64,000 nucleotides of DNA from an uncultured virus (IMG/VR IMGVR_UViG_3300007754_000002). Taxonomy: Duplodnaviria > Heunggongvirae > Uroviricota > Caudoviricetes. The stretch lies in IMG/VR virus record IMGVR_UViG_3300007754_000002; one strand, written 5' to 3'. Numbering within the stretch: the first letter of the stretch is position 1; the number at the start of each line of letters is the position of its first letter. Position numbers and translations under genes: made by a program. Shown here one piece after another: positions 37,873 to 47,490 of the stretch. The notes beneath the pieces are model-generated. The model was not told where the DNA came from. It saw nothing but the letters and a program-made list of their open reading frames with translations, and did not search any database.

Positions 37873-38526
37873 TCAGAGGTCCGGATGTCCTATCCGAGCT
37901 TTAGTGAGCATATAGCTGCGATTAGCCGGGCGTATTTCTCCGGCCCACAAAACGAGACAGGGGAGATCTGCTTTACCGATGCGTTGGACGGCATCCCAGG
38001 TCCCCCCGAATGTGGCTCCGTTCCATACAGCCAGGGCTACCGTCGCCGCATCGACCATCCACTGATTCCGCTGATGGAACAAGTGAGGGCCATAGGAGCC
38101 TCCCCCGACAATGTGGACTTCTTGACAGAGGCCCAGCAAGTAGCGGTAACGCTCTCGTTGTGCGGCCCACCAGCGTCTCTCCTGCCCCTCGAAAGGCACC
38201 GCGGCGATTACCCCCATGCCGAGGCGAAAGGCGGCTTCAGCGGCCCACTGGTCCACGCCAAGAGCCATCCCTGAGATGAGCACGGCGTCGGGTCGCTTCA
38301 GGTTGATCCTATGGAGAGCCGCCGCCAGGAGTCCTTTTACGTCATCCTGCTCAGCCGGAGTCAGGTGTTGCGGTCGATGACCTGTCACCATGACCTTGAC
38401 GGGATTCGGCGTAGTCTGCTCGGATGCGGCATCGCTCCAGGCAGTCCTGCCCTCCGGGAGTGAAGCAGTAGTCATCGGGCTCCTCTCCGATTTCCAAGCG
38501 GCAGTATTCGCAAATGCCGGGGTCAT
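37873..38526 (-). CDS. SLOG-family (YspA-like) protein
   Basis: VTGHRP, SGMALGVD, RNQWMVD, GGT; start position uncertain. Confidence 0.8.
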   Translation of the reverse strand: MTPAFANTAAWKSERSPMTTASLPEGRTAWSDAASEQTTPNPVKVMVTGHRPQHLTPAEQDDVKGLLAAALHRINLKRPDAVLISGMALGVDQWAAEAAFRLGMGVIAAVPFEGQERRWWAAQRERYRYLLGLCQEVHIVGGGSYGPHLFHQRNQWMVDAATVALAVWNGATFGGTWDAVQRIGKADLPCLVLWAGEIRPANRSYMLTKARIGHPDL

Positions 38527-38585
38527 AGGGGTAGACCCGAGACGGCATCTTCTCGTAATCCTGAAAAGTCAGCGTATATGGGGGC

Positions 38586-39029
38586 TCAGTCGGCATCGGT
38601 GATGATCGGGGGCTTATCCCCACGTTGGCGGTACATCTTCTCCGCGGTCCACTCGTGGAGACGTTCTCCCCAGGGGCGATAGATCGCGAGCATGGGGTGA
38701 GCAAAGAGGTTGTGGATGGCTCTCCAAAAAGGAGAGTAGATCCTCCTCTCGATTCGCTTCCACTCCAGCTCCGAGACCTCTCCGGTGAGACCTTCTCCGG
38801 CCTCTGAGCGGCGGTTCAGACAATCCTTGCAGTGGGTCCCGTCTCGGTACCAGTCGGAGTCGGGCCCGTGAATGATCGGGCTTCCCCCGATCTCCTTCCC
38901 GCACCAGAGTTCATCCCCGTCCAGGTCTTTCGCCCGATGCCAGATCCCGGAGTACCCGAAGGCTCCGTCAGGTTCCAAAACCCATTTGACGGCACCTTGG
39001 TTGTGTCGTCGCCGCATAAAGAAGTCCAT
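38586..39029 (-). CDS. Hypothetical protein
   Basis: HNLFAHP...LHEWT. Confidence 0.5.
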   Translation of the reverse strand: MDFFMRRRHNQGAVKWVLEPDGAFGYSGIWHRAKDLDGDELWCGKEIGGSPIIHGPDSDWYRDGTHCKDCLNRRSEAGEGLTGEVSELEWKRIERRIYSPFWRAIHNLFAHPMLAIYRPWGERLHEWTAEKMYRQRGDKPPIITDAD

Positions 39030-39037
39030 GTCTCACC

Positions 39038-40003
39038 TTACAACGGCAGGGAGGTCTTCTTGTCCACCGCTCGACGAAGAACCTGATAGTCTCCCCGGCT
39101 CTCCCGGAACATCTGGAGGAACACCCGGAGAGCCTTGAACCACTCGGGGTGGTAGTCGGGGTTCCGTCGAGTCTCCCGAAACTGCTCGGAGATCGCCGCC
39201 CGGGTGCAGTCCGGCCGCCAGGAGGTCCGGAAGTAGCTCCGAACGACATAAGGGGTGACCTTGAGGGTCCTCGGGACACCTCGCATGGACAGGGCCTCCA
39301 GAAAAGCGGGGATATCGCCCACCCCCAAGAGGAGACGGGGCTTCTCCGGCCCCACCCGCTTATACACGGGTGTCGCATGGGGCCGGCGGTAGCTGATATC
39401 GAAGAGCACCCCCCTCTTCTCCACCCAGGACACGGTGGGCTTGTACCCGACAATCCACTGGACCCGCTTATGGTAACGGAGGAGGAAGCGGTTGAGCAGC
39501 TTGTGGTTCCGATTGTCCTCGATCACCGCTTTCAGCATCCCAGCGTAGTCGGGCTTGACCCGGGGCGTGGGAGTAAGCCGGCGATACCTCCAGGGCTTGA
39601 GAGCGACCTCCGCCTCGGAGGCGAACTCCTCCATGAACCGGAGGTGTTCGATAGCGTGGTCCCCGATGAGCCCGCTGGGCAGGATACGACGCATCGCAGC
39701 GAGGCGCTCGTCCCTGGGGCGGGAGCGGGTGACGTGAGCAGCCCACCGCTCAAAGTGGGCGAGCTTATCCGCCTGACGCCGCTCCCACTTCTGGTAGTGG
39801 ATTTCGTGGTTGGGGTAGTCCCGGATCTCCGCGAGATCATCCCACAGCTCGGGGTCGGCCGCCAGCTTCCGGCACATCTCCCGGGTCTTGTGGCGGTTGC
39901 GGCGGCGGATTTCGTTCAGGATCCGCCGGGAGGACTTCCGGGCGGTCGAGGGGAGGATAGACTTCGCCATGTGGCGAGCCTTCTCATCTCCGTAGATGGG
40001 CAT
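39038..40003 (-). CDS. Basic hypothetical protein
   Basis: 321 aa, Arg-rich; RRQADKLAHFERWA. Confidence 0.7.
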   Translation of the reverse strand: MPIYGDEKARHMAKSILPSTARKSSRRILNEIRRRNRHKTREMCRKLAADPELWDDLAEIRDYPNHEIHYQKWERRQADKLAHFERWAAHVTRSRPRDERLAAMRRILPSGLIGDHAIEHLRFMEEFASEAEVALKPWRYRRLTPTPRVKPDYAGMLKAVIEDNRNHKLLNRFLLRYHKRVQWIVGYKPTVSWVEKRGVLFDISYRRPHATPVYKRVGPEKPRLLLGVGDIPAFLEALSMRGVPRTLKVTPYVVRSYFRTSWRPDCTRAAISEQFRETRRNPDYHPEWFKALRVFLQMFRESRGDYQVLRRAVDKKTSLPL

Positions 40004-40168
40004 GGTCGGGCCTGTGTGGCTGACCTGCCTCCCAAGGGGATTCTCAGGGTGCAGTCAACCTAAAAACTGGTCGTTAAATGACCGGCTTCACACAGGCGAT
40101 GGGTGACTGACATGAGGTACATGGGTGCTCCCCTTGGCTCCAAAAGATGTAGGCTATCCAGGCCGCCC

Positions 40169-40759
40169 ATGCAACCCTTGATTGACGTAATAAGATCAAG
40201 AAAGGGACTTCTAATGGCTGCTGCACCCCACTGGCTCGACTCTATCTGCCTCTGCCGGCGGGGTAAGGAATACGTCGCCCTCCGGAACATACACAACGGA
40301 TCTGACTTCTGGGCTAGGTATCCCCGAGCGACGGGCATGATCAAGGCTTTCGCCGGGTGTGGGCACGTCCACGAAGCTGTAGCCGTCGTCATGGACTGGA
40401 GCCGGGATGCTTCTCAAAGATTCCCCCCTGAATTCCAATCCGTTGATCTCGCCATTCGCGACTGGCTCCAAACCCCCTCAGACAGCAGCGGAATTAACCG
40501 AGCCCTTCTCCCCCACTCGGGCAACCCAACGGGGATCCTCCGCCGCTTGATCCTCCTGGCGAAGAAGATCGTGGTTTTTACGGGAGACCCCACCCCGAAG
40601 AATGTCGTCAGGATGGGTTGCCAGCTTGATAGCTACGTCGCCCAACTCGGAATCTTCCTGGGGCCATCAGACGCCGATGAGCGGATAGAGGGATGGGCTG
40701 ACGACCTTCGGACGAGGTATCCGGTCGTCCCGGCGATGGTCGCCCTACTCCACGAGTAA
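40169..40759 (+). CDS. Hypothetical protein
   Basis: ORF; start position uncertain. Confidence 0.45.
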   Translation: MQPLIDVIRSRKGLLMAAAPHWLDSICLCRRGKEYVALRNIHNGSDFWARYPRATGMIKAFAGCGHVHEAVAVVMDWSRDASQRFPPEFQSVDLAIRDWLQTPSDSSGINRALLPHSGNPTGILRRLILLAKKIVVFTGDPTPKNVVRMGCQLDSYVAQLGIFLGPSDADERIEGWADDLRTRYPVVPAMVALLHE

Positions 40760-40795
40760 TCTTCCTATGGGGTGGGCGGGGTAGCGAGGTCTGGA

Positions 40796-42487
40796 ATGGT
40801 CCCTTCCCTGGAACGGATTGCGTATCAATGGCTGCTCCGCCAAGCAGCCATCTTTGAGGCTCCTCCCAAGATGTTGGCTGAGGCTCAGGGGATGATCAAG
40901 CAATGGTGGGCGGAGGGTCTTCTCCAGCATCTCCAGACAAGATCCGCTCAGTTAGAGGAGCGGAAAGCGGTCGCCCTAAAGCACCAACAGACGATAGTCC
41001 GCTACCGCCGGAAGGCTCGCTCCATCAGCTCCATGCCTGGGAAACGCTGGTCGAAGCTCTCCGTCCCCTATGATGTAGACCACGTCACGGGTGAGGTCCG
41101 TCTCTACCAGATCTGGCTGCGGCGAGTCCGCCCCGATGAGATGGAGGAGCACCTCGCAGAGGAAGGTGACTTTTTCTATGCGAGCGCGGCCCCCTATGTA
41201 GGGAACATCAACCGCGAGCGTGAGAAAGCAGCGGAGTCCCCGAGCCAGATCCGTGAAGATATCGAGTGGGTTCTTGGGGACGGTGCCGCCGCTATGGAAG
41301 GCTGGCTGGACTCCATCAACCGCGACATGCAGGAAACCCGGGAAGTCGAAGCCTTCGCCCGCAAAGAGGGAGCCCAGGGCCCTTCCGACCAGAGATACCG
41401 AGGGGGCCATGTCACCTTGGACCTCACAGGTTGGAAGTACCTCCCCAGGATTCTGGAGACATACCAGGATGCGGGCGAAGCCAGCCGTACTCTCGCCGCT
41501 AGGGTCCGGCAAGCGGGTTGGAAGGCCACCGGGATCACTCTCTTTTTCATCTATGAGCGGAACCCGAATCACAACGGGATCTGGATGGGGAGCAAGGGAG
41601 AGATTCAAGTCCATCCCCCCGACGACTACAGCAGCTCGATCAGGGAGATGAGGCAGGCTCTCCGGGGGGTCTTGACGACCACCCGGCACGAGGTTCAGCA
41701 CGCCGCTCAGGACATGCTCAGGCTCCTCTTGGACCTCCCAGAGGACGCCGGGCTCCCTCCTCGTCGTGTCCGGGACCCTCAGGTAGATGGTGCCGGGGTT
41801 CCGCGTCGCCAGGATTCGGACGGCAGCCGGGTAGACCACGAGATCCGCGATGTGGAATTCCAGACCCGTCTCGCGGACGAATTCGACCGACTCTCGGACT
41901 ACTTCAACTCACCCAACGGGCAGGACACTCGCGAGAGCTGGGATGAAATTCTCCGGTACTTCATCGGGGCATCAAGCCAGAGGCCGCCGCCGCGGAAAAT
42001 CTGGCCGCAGAAGAGCCAATGGTTCATCTACCTCAAGGAGAACGATAAGCCTCGTTGGAGGGAAGCAACGCGGAAGCTGGTCGCTGAGCTGCGGAAGCAC
42101 GGCTTCATGGACCAGTTCCCCCAGAAGAAACGTCGTCTTCCGATCGGGGTTCCCAACCATCCAGCCTGGAGTCAGACCGTGATGAGCTACTTTCAGAAGC
42201 GGTATCACGAACTCAAGACGACGACCTGGAAGGACAGTGCGGAGGTCCGGGAAGCCGAGCGAGGGCGTCTCTGGGAGACAATCCGGTCAGACTATCAAGC
42301 GTTCACGGACTCTCTCACTGAAGAGCAGCTTGTGAGACACAAGGAGCTTGTCCACGAGAGCGGGAACGGGTGGGAATATTGGGTCACACCCAGGCTCCAG
42401 GGGTGGGATGGTGTCTCTCGGGACCTCCCGGAGACTTCCAAGGAGACCACTCCCCATCACCCGAGGATGCCTGCCCGGCATCGTTAG
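40796..42487 (+). CDS. Large protein with HEXXH (zincin-like) and an N-terminal RIAYQWL motif
   Basis: RHEVQHAAQ; downstream E in DVEFQT. Confidence 0.7.
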   Translation: MVPSLERIAYQWLLRQAAIFEAPPKMLAEAQGMIKQWWAEGLLQHLQTRSAQLEERKAVALKHQQTIVRYRRKARSISSMPGKRWSKLSVPYDVDHVTGEVRLYQIWLRRVRPDEMEEHLAEEGDFFYASAAPYVGNINREREKAAESPSQIREDIEWVLGDGAAAMEGWLDSINRDMQETREVEAFARKEGAQGPSDQRYRGGHVTLDLTGWKYLPRILETYQDAGEASRTLAARVRQAGWKATGITLFFIYERNPNHNGIWMGSKGEIQVHPPDDYSSSIREMRQALRGVLTTTRHEVQHAAQDMLRLLLDLPEDAGLPPRRVRDPQVDGAGVPRRQDSDGSRVDHEIRDVEFQTRLADEFDRLSDYFNSPNGQDTRESWDEILRYFIGASSQRPPPRKIWPQKSQWFIYLKENDKPRWREATRKLVAELRKHGFMDQFPQKKRRLPIGVPNHPAWSQTVMSYFQKRYHELKTTTWKDSAEVREAERGRLWETIRSDYQAFTDSLTEEQLVRHKELVHESGNGWEYWVTPRLQGWDGVSRDLPETSKETTPHHPRMPARHR

Positions 42488-43122
42488 AGATGGAAGGGCC
42501 TGCTCCCGAAGATCTTCCTCACGTCTGCGGGACTCACGACTCCGTCGTGGAGTAGCTCCTGAACGACGGCTTCTACCCGCTTCTGGTCCCTCTCCAGAAG
42601 ATGCCTGACGTAGGCGTAGGACTGCGAGAGCACATACAGCTCATCGTCTGTCAGGTGACGGTAGGCCCTCCTGAAATCAATCGGAGAGGGTGCCGGAGGG
42701 GTCTGCCAGGGCGGCTCTAGGGCGCCTCTACGTGCGATCTCTCTCGCGACAGCCTTGGCGAGCTGGAGGTCTTGTCGGGCGGGTCCCGAACGGAACTTGT
42801 CGAGTAGGAAAGCCTCCGCGGCGATCCCACCGAGATGCCCCGCGATGGCGTACCAGAGCTGGTTGACGTGGCCGTTGGCGTTGACCCGAAAACGGGTCAA
42901 CCCGTTCCCGACCACGCTGTCATCGATGGCGACTCGCTCGATCTCCACCATGTAGGGGTTGTACCACGCCGCTACGGTGTGGCCTGCCTCGTGAACCGCT
43001 ACCCGGTACTCAATCAGAGTACGGGTATTCTGAAGAGAGGGCTCCTCAGACTTCTTGCTCAGGAGGTAGCCGGCGGCTGCCCCTGCGGCTGCGGCAGCCG
43101 CCCCGACGAGTAGGTGGATCAT
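42484..43122 (-). CDS. Peptidase M41-like (FtsH protease-domain) protein, predicted leaderless
   Basis: AVHEAGH...GGIAAE...DLQLA; ATG 8 nt after TCGTAT. Confidence 0.75.
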   Translation of the reverse strand: MIHLLVGAAAAAAGAAAGYLLSKKSEEPSLQNTRTLIEYRVAVHEAGHTVAAWYNPYMVEIERVAIDDSVVGNGLTRFRVNANGHVNQLWYAIAGHLGGIAAEAFLLDKFRSGPARQDLQLAKAVAREIARRGALEPPWQTPPAPSPIDFRRAYRHLTDDELYVLSQSYAYVRHLLERDQKRVEAVVQELLHDGVVSPADVRKIFGSRPFHL

Positions 43123-43156
43123 GTCTCTCTATACGAGTGGTCTCAGGAACTATTCC

Positions 43157-43954
43157 TCAAGGCTGGCTGATCTCAAGCCCCAGCTTGGCATAAGCTCTCA
43201 GGAGCGTGGGCAAATAGCCCGGCTGTGTCTCTATCCACAGGACTTCCTCATTCCGGGCGTGGAAGAGTGCGAAGGGGCAATGCGTGGCTACGATGATCTG
43301 CCGGGTCTCCGCGAGGTCTCCGAGACGTCTCCAGACACCGGCCTGATAAGTGACAGCGAGTGACCGAGTTGGCTCATCCAGCAGGAGGGTGGGTGAGCCT
43401 TTCGGGATCGTTCCTTGGAGGGAGGCTACCTGAGCGTCGTAGATTGCCTGTCGCTCCTGAGCCTTTGGCCGGTGGACCTTGTAGCGGACCTCGGGAATTT
43501 CGCCTTGGATGGCTCGCGTCATGGTCCGAAGACAGCGTTGGATAACTCCCTCCCCCTGGGATCCTTTGAACATGGCGTTGTGAATCCCCTGGGTCATAAA
43601 GTCGTAATCGAACCCGGCCCCCCCACCGATGAGCCCATTGTTAGTGTCCGCTGCGGCAAACAAGGTTCCCTGACCGTCCTGAACCAGCTCCAGACCAACC
43701 CGAGGGGGTTCGTTATATTGGCCGCGGAAATGACCGAGACCCTCGCGAGAGACCAGCGGAGTGCCTCCTTGTTCGCAGAAGGTGAGGCGAGCCAGGGCAC
43801 GGATAAGGGTGGATTTCCCTGACCCGTTTGGCCCGATGACGATGTTGAGACCCGGCTTGAAGGTGAACTCGATCTTTCCCTGAAGCCAGGGCACCTTGTT
43901 CCACCAGGGCACGCAGGTGTTGTCGGGATTGAGGACGCGGAGAGTCTCAATCAT
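43157..43954 (-). CDS. ABC-type/AAA ATPase
   Basis: GPNGSGKST, SQGE, LLDEP, ATH. Confidence 0.85.
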   Translation of the reverse strand: MIETLRVLNPDNTCVPWWNKVPWLQGKIEFTFKPGLNIVIGPNGSGKSTLIRALARLTFCEQGGTPLVSREGLGHFRGQYNEPPRVGLELVQDGQGTLFAAADTNNGLIGGGAGFDYDFMTQGIHNAMFKGSQGEGVIQRCLRTMTRAIQGEIPEVRYKVHRPKAQERQAIYDAQVASLQGTIPKGSPTLLLDEPTRSLAVTYQAGVWRRLGDLAETRQIIVATHCPFALFHARNEEVLWIETQPGYLPTLLRAYAKLGLEISQP

Positions 43955-44340
43955 TTTCGCTCCATGTCCAGGGCGGCTTTGATAGCCCGCGAGTAGCTAC
44001 TCCCCACCTTCCGATACAGCTTGAAGGGGAACACCCCGGCGTCTCGGTAGGAGCCACGGTCCCGGCTGAAGTAGGCCCTCATAGCTCTTTCAACTCTTTG
44101 ATGACAACTCTCCCTGTCTGGGGAGGCTTGGGTATCACAGAGAGTAATCCCGTTCTCCACCACGTAGCCCCCTCCGGGCATCTGGTCTCTCGGCCAGATG
44201 TGGTGAGCGTTCATCAGCTTCAGGCTGGGATCGGCTTGCTGAGATCGGAAGCATGTCCCGCAAAGGACACAGGTGTAGTTGTCCCTCTGGAAAACAGCGT
44301 CTCGGAAAGCCCTGCGAGTTGCTCGCTTGCGTTCACTCAC
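43951..44340 (-). CDS. HNH endonuclease
   Basis: VFQRDNYTCVLCG...AHHI...NGITLC...CH. Confidence 0.75.
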   Translation of the reverse strand: MSERKRATRRAFRDAVFQRDNYTCVLCGTCFRSQQADPSLKLMNAHHIWPRDQMPGGGYVVENGITLCDTQASPDRESCHQRVERAMRAYFSRDRGSYRDAGVFPFKLYRKVGSSYSRAIKAALDMERK

Positions 44341-44405
44341 AGGCTTCCTCTATGATCTTCCAGTAGAACCGGGTGGACGTCCAGAGCATCGTGATAATTG
44401 AACAT
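44337..44405 (-). CDS. 22-aa leaderless small ORF (MFNYHDALDVHPVLLEDHRGSL)
   Basis: ATG 8 nt after TCGTAT (44419-44414); GTGA overlap with the HNH gene. Confidence 0.35.
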   Translation of the reverse strand: MFNYHDALDVHPVLLEDHRGSL

Positions 44406-44434
44406 GGAGAGGTATACGACCGGGCCCAAGTAAT

Positions 44435-46237
44435 TCACCGGGCGGGAGCCGATACCTTGAGAATCCGGTCGATCTGACCCAGCTCGATCTCAAGCTGCCC
44501 CTGAAGCTGAGCGAGGGCGAGGGACGCTTGCTCCTCGTACTCGAAATTGGCTCCGTGGGCGTAGGCTCTCAACTCCATCGTGTAGAGGAAATCGCGAAGG
44601 CCCGCGGACGCCGACATATGGACCGTCGTTCCGAAGGGAAGCGAGAGCATCGCCCGGTAGCTGTCCCCGGCCTGGACGAACTTGTCGAAGGTCCGGCGAC
44701 AGAGAGCGAAATACTCCCGATACCGAGCCCTGCCGATGGGGCTCATTGGCTTGTAGTAGGGGGCGAGCATGAGGTGTCCCTGCCGTGAGACGATTTTCAT
44801 GCTCCAGGGGTAGCAGGACCGATGCCGGTGCCAGTCCCGGGCAACCGCCAGGGAGCACTGAATCGTGAAGTCCACCCGGGCCTTGTTCCAGTAGGCGTCC
44901 GCGTAGGTCTTGACCTTCTCGCGTTCAGGCCCCCCGGTCAGCCCCCGGAGATCCGCCTCTACCTTGACCCCCTTGACCCGGACAGGGAAGGGATTGACAA
45001 AACTCTTCGTGATATCACCCAGGTGCTTCGGGAGCGTCTGCTCGGTGCTCTTGTACACAGCCTCCCTCAAGCCCAGGGCTCCAATCCCGGGAGCCGCTTC
45101 CCGGTAGCAACCCCGAATCAGGCTGAAGAGCTGGGTCGCGGTATCAGAGCCTTGAGCGAAGGCCGCCCCATCCCGCATCGCCCTGGCTCTCTCCCGAATG
45201 TGGGAGCCGAAGCCACACCCCGTCGAGATGGTCCCGGGGAGAGCCCAACGAGCCCTGTCCAGGGCAGGACGGAACGCCTGAGGATCCTTAATCCAGGGAT
45301 ACTTCCTCCCCGTCCTCTCGCAGCCGGAGCACCAGTTGATGCCTCGTAGGCCAGAAGCTTCAGCTTGCTCAAGCTGCTCCACGGAGACAGGATCTTCACC
45401 CGGAGTGACGTGGTACCCGTGTCCCTCGCAGTCGGGGCACGGGAGCCTCAACTCCTTTTTCCAGGCACCCACTTCAGCCAGGAAGATTTCCATCCCCAGG
45501 TTGTTGATCGCCTCCAGCTCCGGGTGGGGGGTGGTGGACAGCTTCTCCATCCAGACTGATCGCTTGTCCGGGTCCGTCCACTCCTCCATGTGGAGGGTCG
45601 TGGGGGCCTTGTTCCCCGAGACGAAGTCTTCCCAGGAGACTTCCGTATCGAAGAGCATGTGGTAAGCGTCTTCAGGAGAGAGGCACGTCTCCATAGCCAT
45701 CGGCCACTCTTTGTGAGCAACGGCTCGGGTAGAGAACTCCTGCCCGCAGACGAGGGGGTTGTCGAACAGAAGGTAGGCCCCCCAATAGCTCAGACCGCCG
45801 ACATAAACCGTGGGAGAACCTGTCAATTCGAGCACGCTAGAGTGTCCGTAAGCCCCTACGAACTTGTCGAAGAACTCCTGTACCCGGGGATGGAGGGGGT
45901 ACTGAGTCAGGGCTTCTTCAGCGATGTGGAGGCACTCCCAGACTTTCAGGAGATGGATTTCCTGGAGGACGTGGTCCTCATCGCCGTTCGTCACGACGAG
46001 TTGCCCGCGAAACTCCTCCCAGGTCGTGTCGTGACCCGAACCTACTTTTCCGTCATCAGGACCTTCCCAGCGGGACTTGGCGACCGCGGTGATCACCTGT
46101 TCATACCGGGCGGGGACACCCCCGACCGGGGCTCGGGAGGACATAGCCGCGAACATCGCCCGGACCTCTGGGGTCAGGCGGTGATCCAGGTACCAAGTGT
46201 ACGGGGAAGTCTGGTGGAGGTATTTGAACGTAGGCAT
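44435..46237 (-). CDS. thyX: Two-domain flavin-dependent thymidylate synthase (ThyX/Thy1-like)
   Basis: YGHSSVLE, QEFSTR, DRARWALP, RDWHRHR, ELR. Confidence 0.75.
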   Translation of the reverse strand: MPTFKYLHQTSPYTWYLDHRLTPEVRAMFAAMSSRAPVGGVPARYEQVITAVAKSRWEGPDDGKVGSGHDTTWEEFRGQLVVTNGDEDHVLQEIHLLKVWECLHIAEEALTQYPLHPRVQEFFDKFVGAYGHSSVLELTGSPTVYVGGLSYWGAYLLFDNPLVCGQEFSTRAVAHKEWPMAMETCLSPEDAYHMLFDTEVSWEDFVSGNKAPTTLHMEEWTDPDKRSVWMEKLSTTPHPELEAINNLGMEIFLAEVGAWKKELRLPCPDCEGHGYHVTPGEDPVSVEQLEQAEASGLRGINWCSGCERTGRKYPWIKDPQAFRPALDRARWALPGTISTGCGFGSHIRERARAMRDGAAFAQGSDTATQLFSLIRGCYREAAPGIGALGLREAVYKSTEQTLPKHLGDITKSFVNPFPVRVKGVKVEADLRGLTGGPEREKVKTYADAYWNKARVDFTIQCSLAVARDWHRHRSCYPWSMKIVSRQGHLMLAPYYKPMSPIGRARYREYFALCRRTFDKFVQAGDSYRAMLSLPFGTTVHMSASAGLRDFLYTMELRAYAHGANFEYEEQASLALAQLQGQLEIELGQIDRILKVSAPAR

Positions 46238-46303
46238 GGCTGATACTACTCCGCCCCGACGAAAACTGGCCGCCTGGACGTATCCTCATTTGCGAGGTGC
46301 CCA

Positions 46304-47113
46304 TTGCGGAGCAAAGGATACATCCCCAAGCGAGTCCACTTCTTCCTGAGGGGGCCGGTGACAGTGGACCGAGCTGGGGAGCAGATCCCCTGCCGTCCCG
46401 GCTTCCCGGTCTCAGACTCTTACGTCGTCGAGGGCAAAGCAACCGTGAGTCGAGCCCGCTCCTGGGCGGGCCTCCCTCAGGACGATCTAGGGATTGTCGA
46501 GGAGAACACTCCGAAGTCCGGTTACCGGGTCGTCGGGATGGAGGCCCGGAGTCAGGGTGGGGTCGTCTGGAAGGTCGTATGTCCAGATGGAAGGCTGTTC
46601 GACCTGAGAGACGACGTGTTCACTCCGATTCTTCTCAACGAAGGGCTCCCCCCGAGCGGGATCATCAACCAACCTCTTCAGTGGTGCGTCAATGGGAGCC
46701 AGATCCGGCTGGAAGCCGTGGGCTCTCCCGCACACTCCCGCTACACCGTGAGAGAGGCCGCGATCCCCGCCCCAAAAGTCGCGACCCCCCTGGAGCGGTG
46801 CCGCGTCTACCATTTCCCCAGGGAGGACGAACACCGGGTCTACCTGGGCCCGGTCAGACACAACGGGAGGAGGAAGCACGCCTGGATCTGGCTGGGCTGG
46901 GCGTCGAAGCATCCTGCCAAGCGATTTCACCGCTTCTGGCAACGGGCAAAGCCCGGGTCCGTCTCGGGTATCGTCTCATCCTCCTATGGAGTGTGCAAGG
47001 CCACTCGACTGGAGCCCGTCCCGATCCCGGATTCCATCTTCACTTCCCCTGTCATGTCCTGGGTTGATGGACGCCATGAGCCCCTGAAAGGTGAATTCCG
47101 AGTGATCGAATAA
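46304..47113 (+). CDS. Hypothetical protein
   Basis: RSQGGVVWKV...FDLRDD. Confidence 0.6.
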   Translation: MRSKGYIPKRVHFFLRGPVTVDRAGEQIPCRPGFPVSDSYVVEGKATVSRARSWAGLPQDDLGIVEENTPKSGYRVVGMEARSQGGVVWKVVCPDGRLFDLRDDVFTPILLNEGLPPSGIINQPLQWCVNGSQIRLEAVGSPAHSRYTVREAAIPAPKVATPLERCRVYHFPREDEHRVYLGPVRHNGRRKHAWIWLGWASKHPAKRFHRFWQRAKPGSVSGIVSSSYGVCKATRLEPVPIPDSIFTSPVMSWVDGRHEPLKGEFRVIE

Positions 47114-47133
47114 AAAAGGGAGAGAAAAGAGGG

Positions 47134-47156
47134 GACTTTCTCAGGGAGACTCGTAT
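47134..47156 (+). promoter_or_regulatory. Phage promoter motif GACTTT-N11-TCGTAT
   Basis: Recurrent motif. Confidence 0.7.
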
Positions 47157-47164
47157 AGAGGAAT

Positions 47165-47430
47165 GTGAGCAGCGAAGGTATCGGGTTTGATCCCCGGGTG
47201 TTTCCAAGCACTCCCCGCAGGGGGAACCGGAGTTGCAGGGTTGAGCTGCCTATTGACCCTGGCCCGAGTGGAGTAGGCTCCCGCTCGGGGGTTCACAACC
47301 AACAAGGTAGCAGCGACCGATCTCGCCTGTGTTCAGTCAAATCGCCGGATAGTCGCGTTCCGGACGGTCGAAGTACCGTGGAAGCAAGTACCCAACCCGA
47401 CAGACGCAAGCGGAACCGCCGCTGCTCTCC
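47165..47430 (+). ncRNA. Candidate structured non-coding RNA (about 265 nt)
   Basis: Closing helices 47167-74/47420-27 and 47181-87/47394-400; many internal hairpins; bracketed by a promoter and a terminator. Confidence 0.6.
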
Positions 47431-47431
47431 T

Positions 47432-47475
47432 TGCCGCCCCTCCCTTCTGTACGAGCGGGAGGGGCGGCACCTTTT
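47432..47475 (+). terminator. Intrinsic terminator
   Basis: 13-bp perfect stem TGCCGCCCCTCCC/GGGAGGGGCGGCA followed by CCTTTT. Confidence 0.7.
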
Positions 47476-47490
47476 CCCTGGAGGATTCCG

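Noticed and set aside
35527..44340. HNH genes as Cas9/IscB-like effectors for the CRISPR array
   Set aside because: They are 129-202 aa, lack RuvC motifs and lie more than 35 kb from the array; they look like ordinary phage HNH proteins
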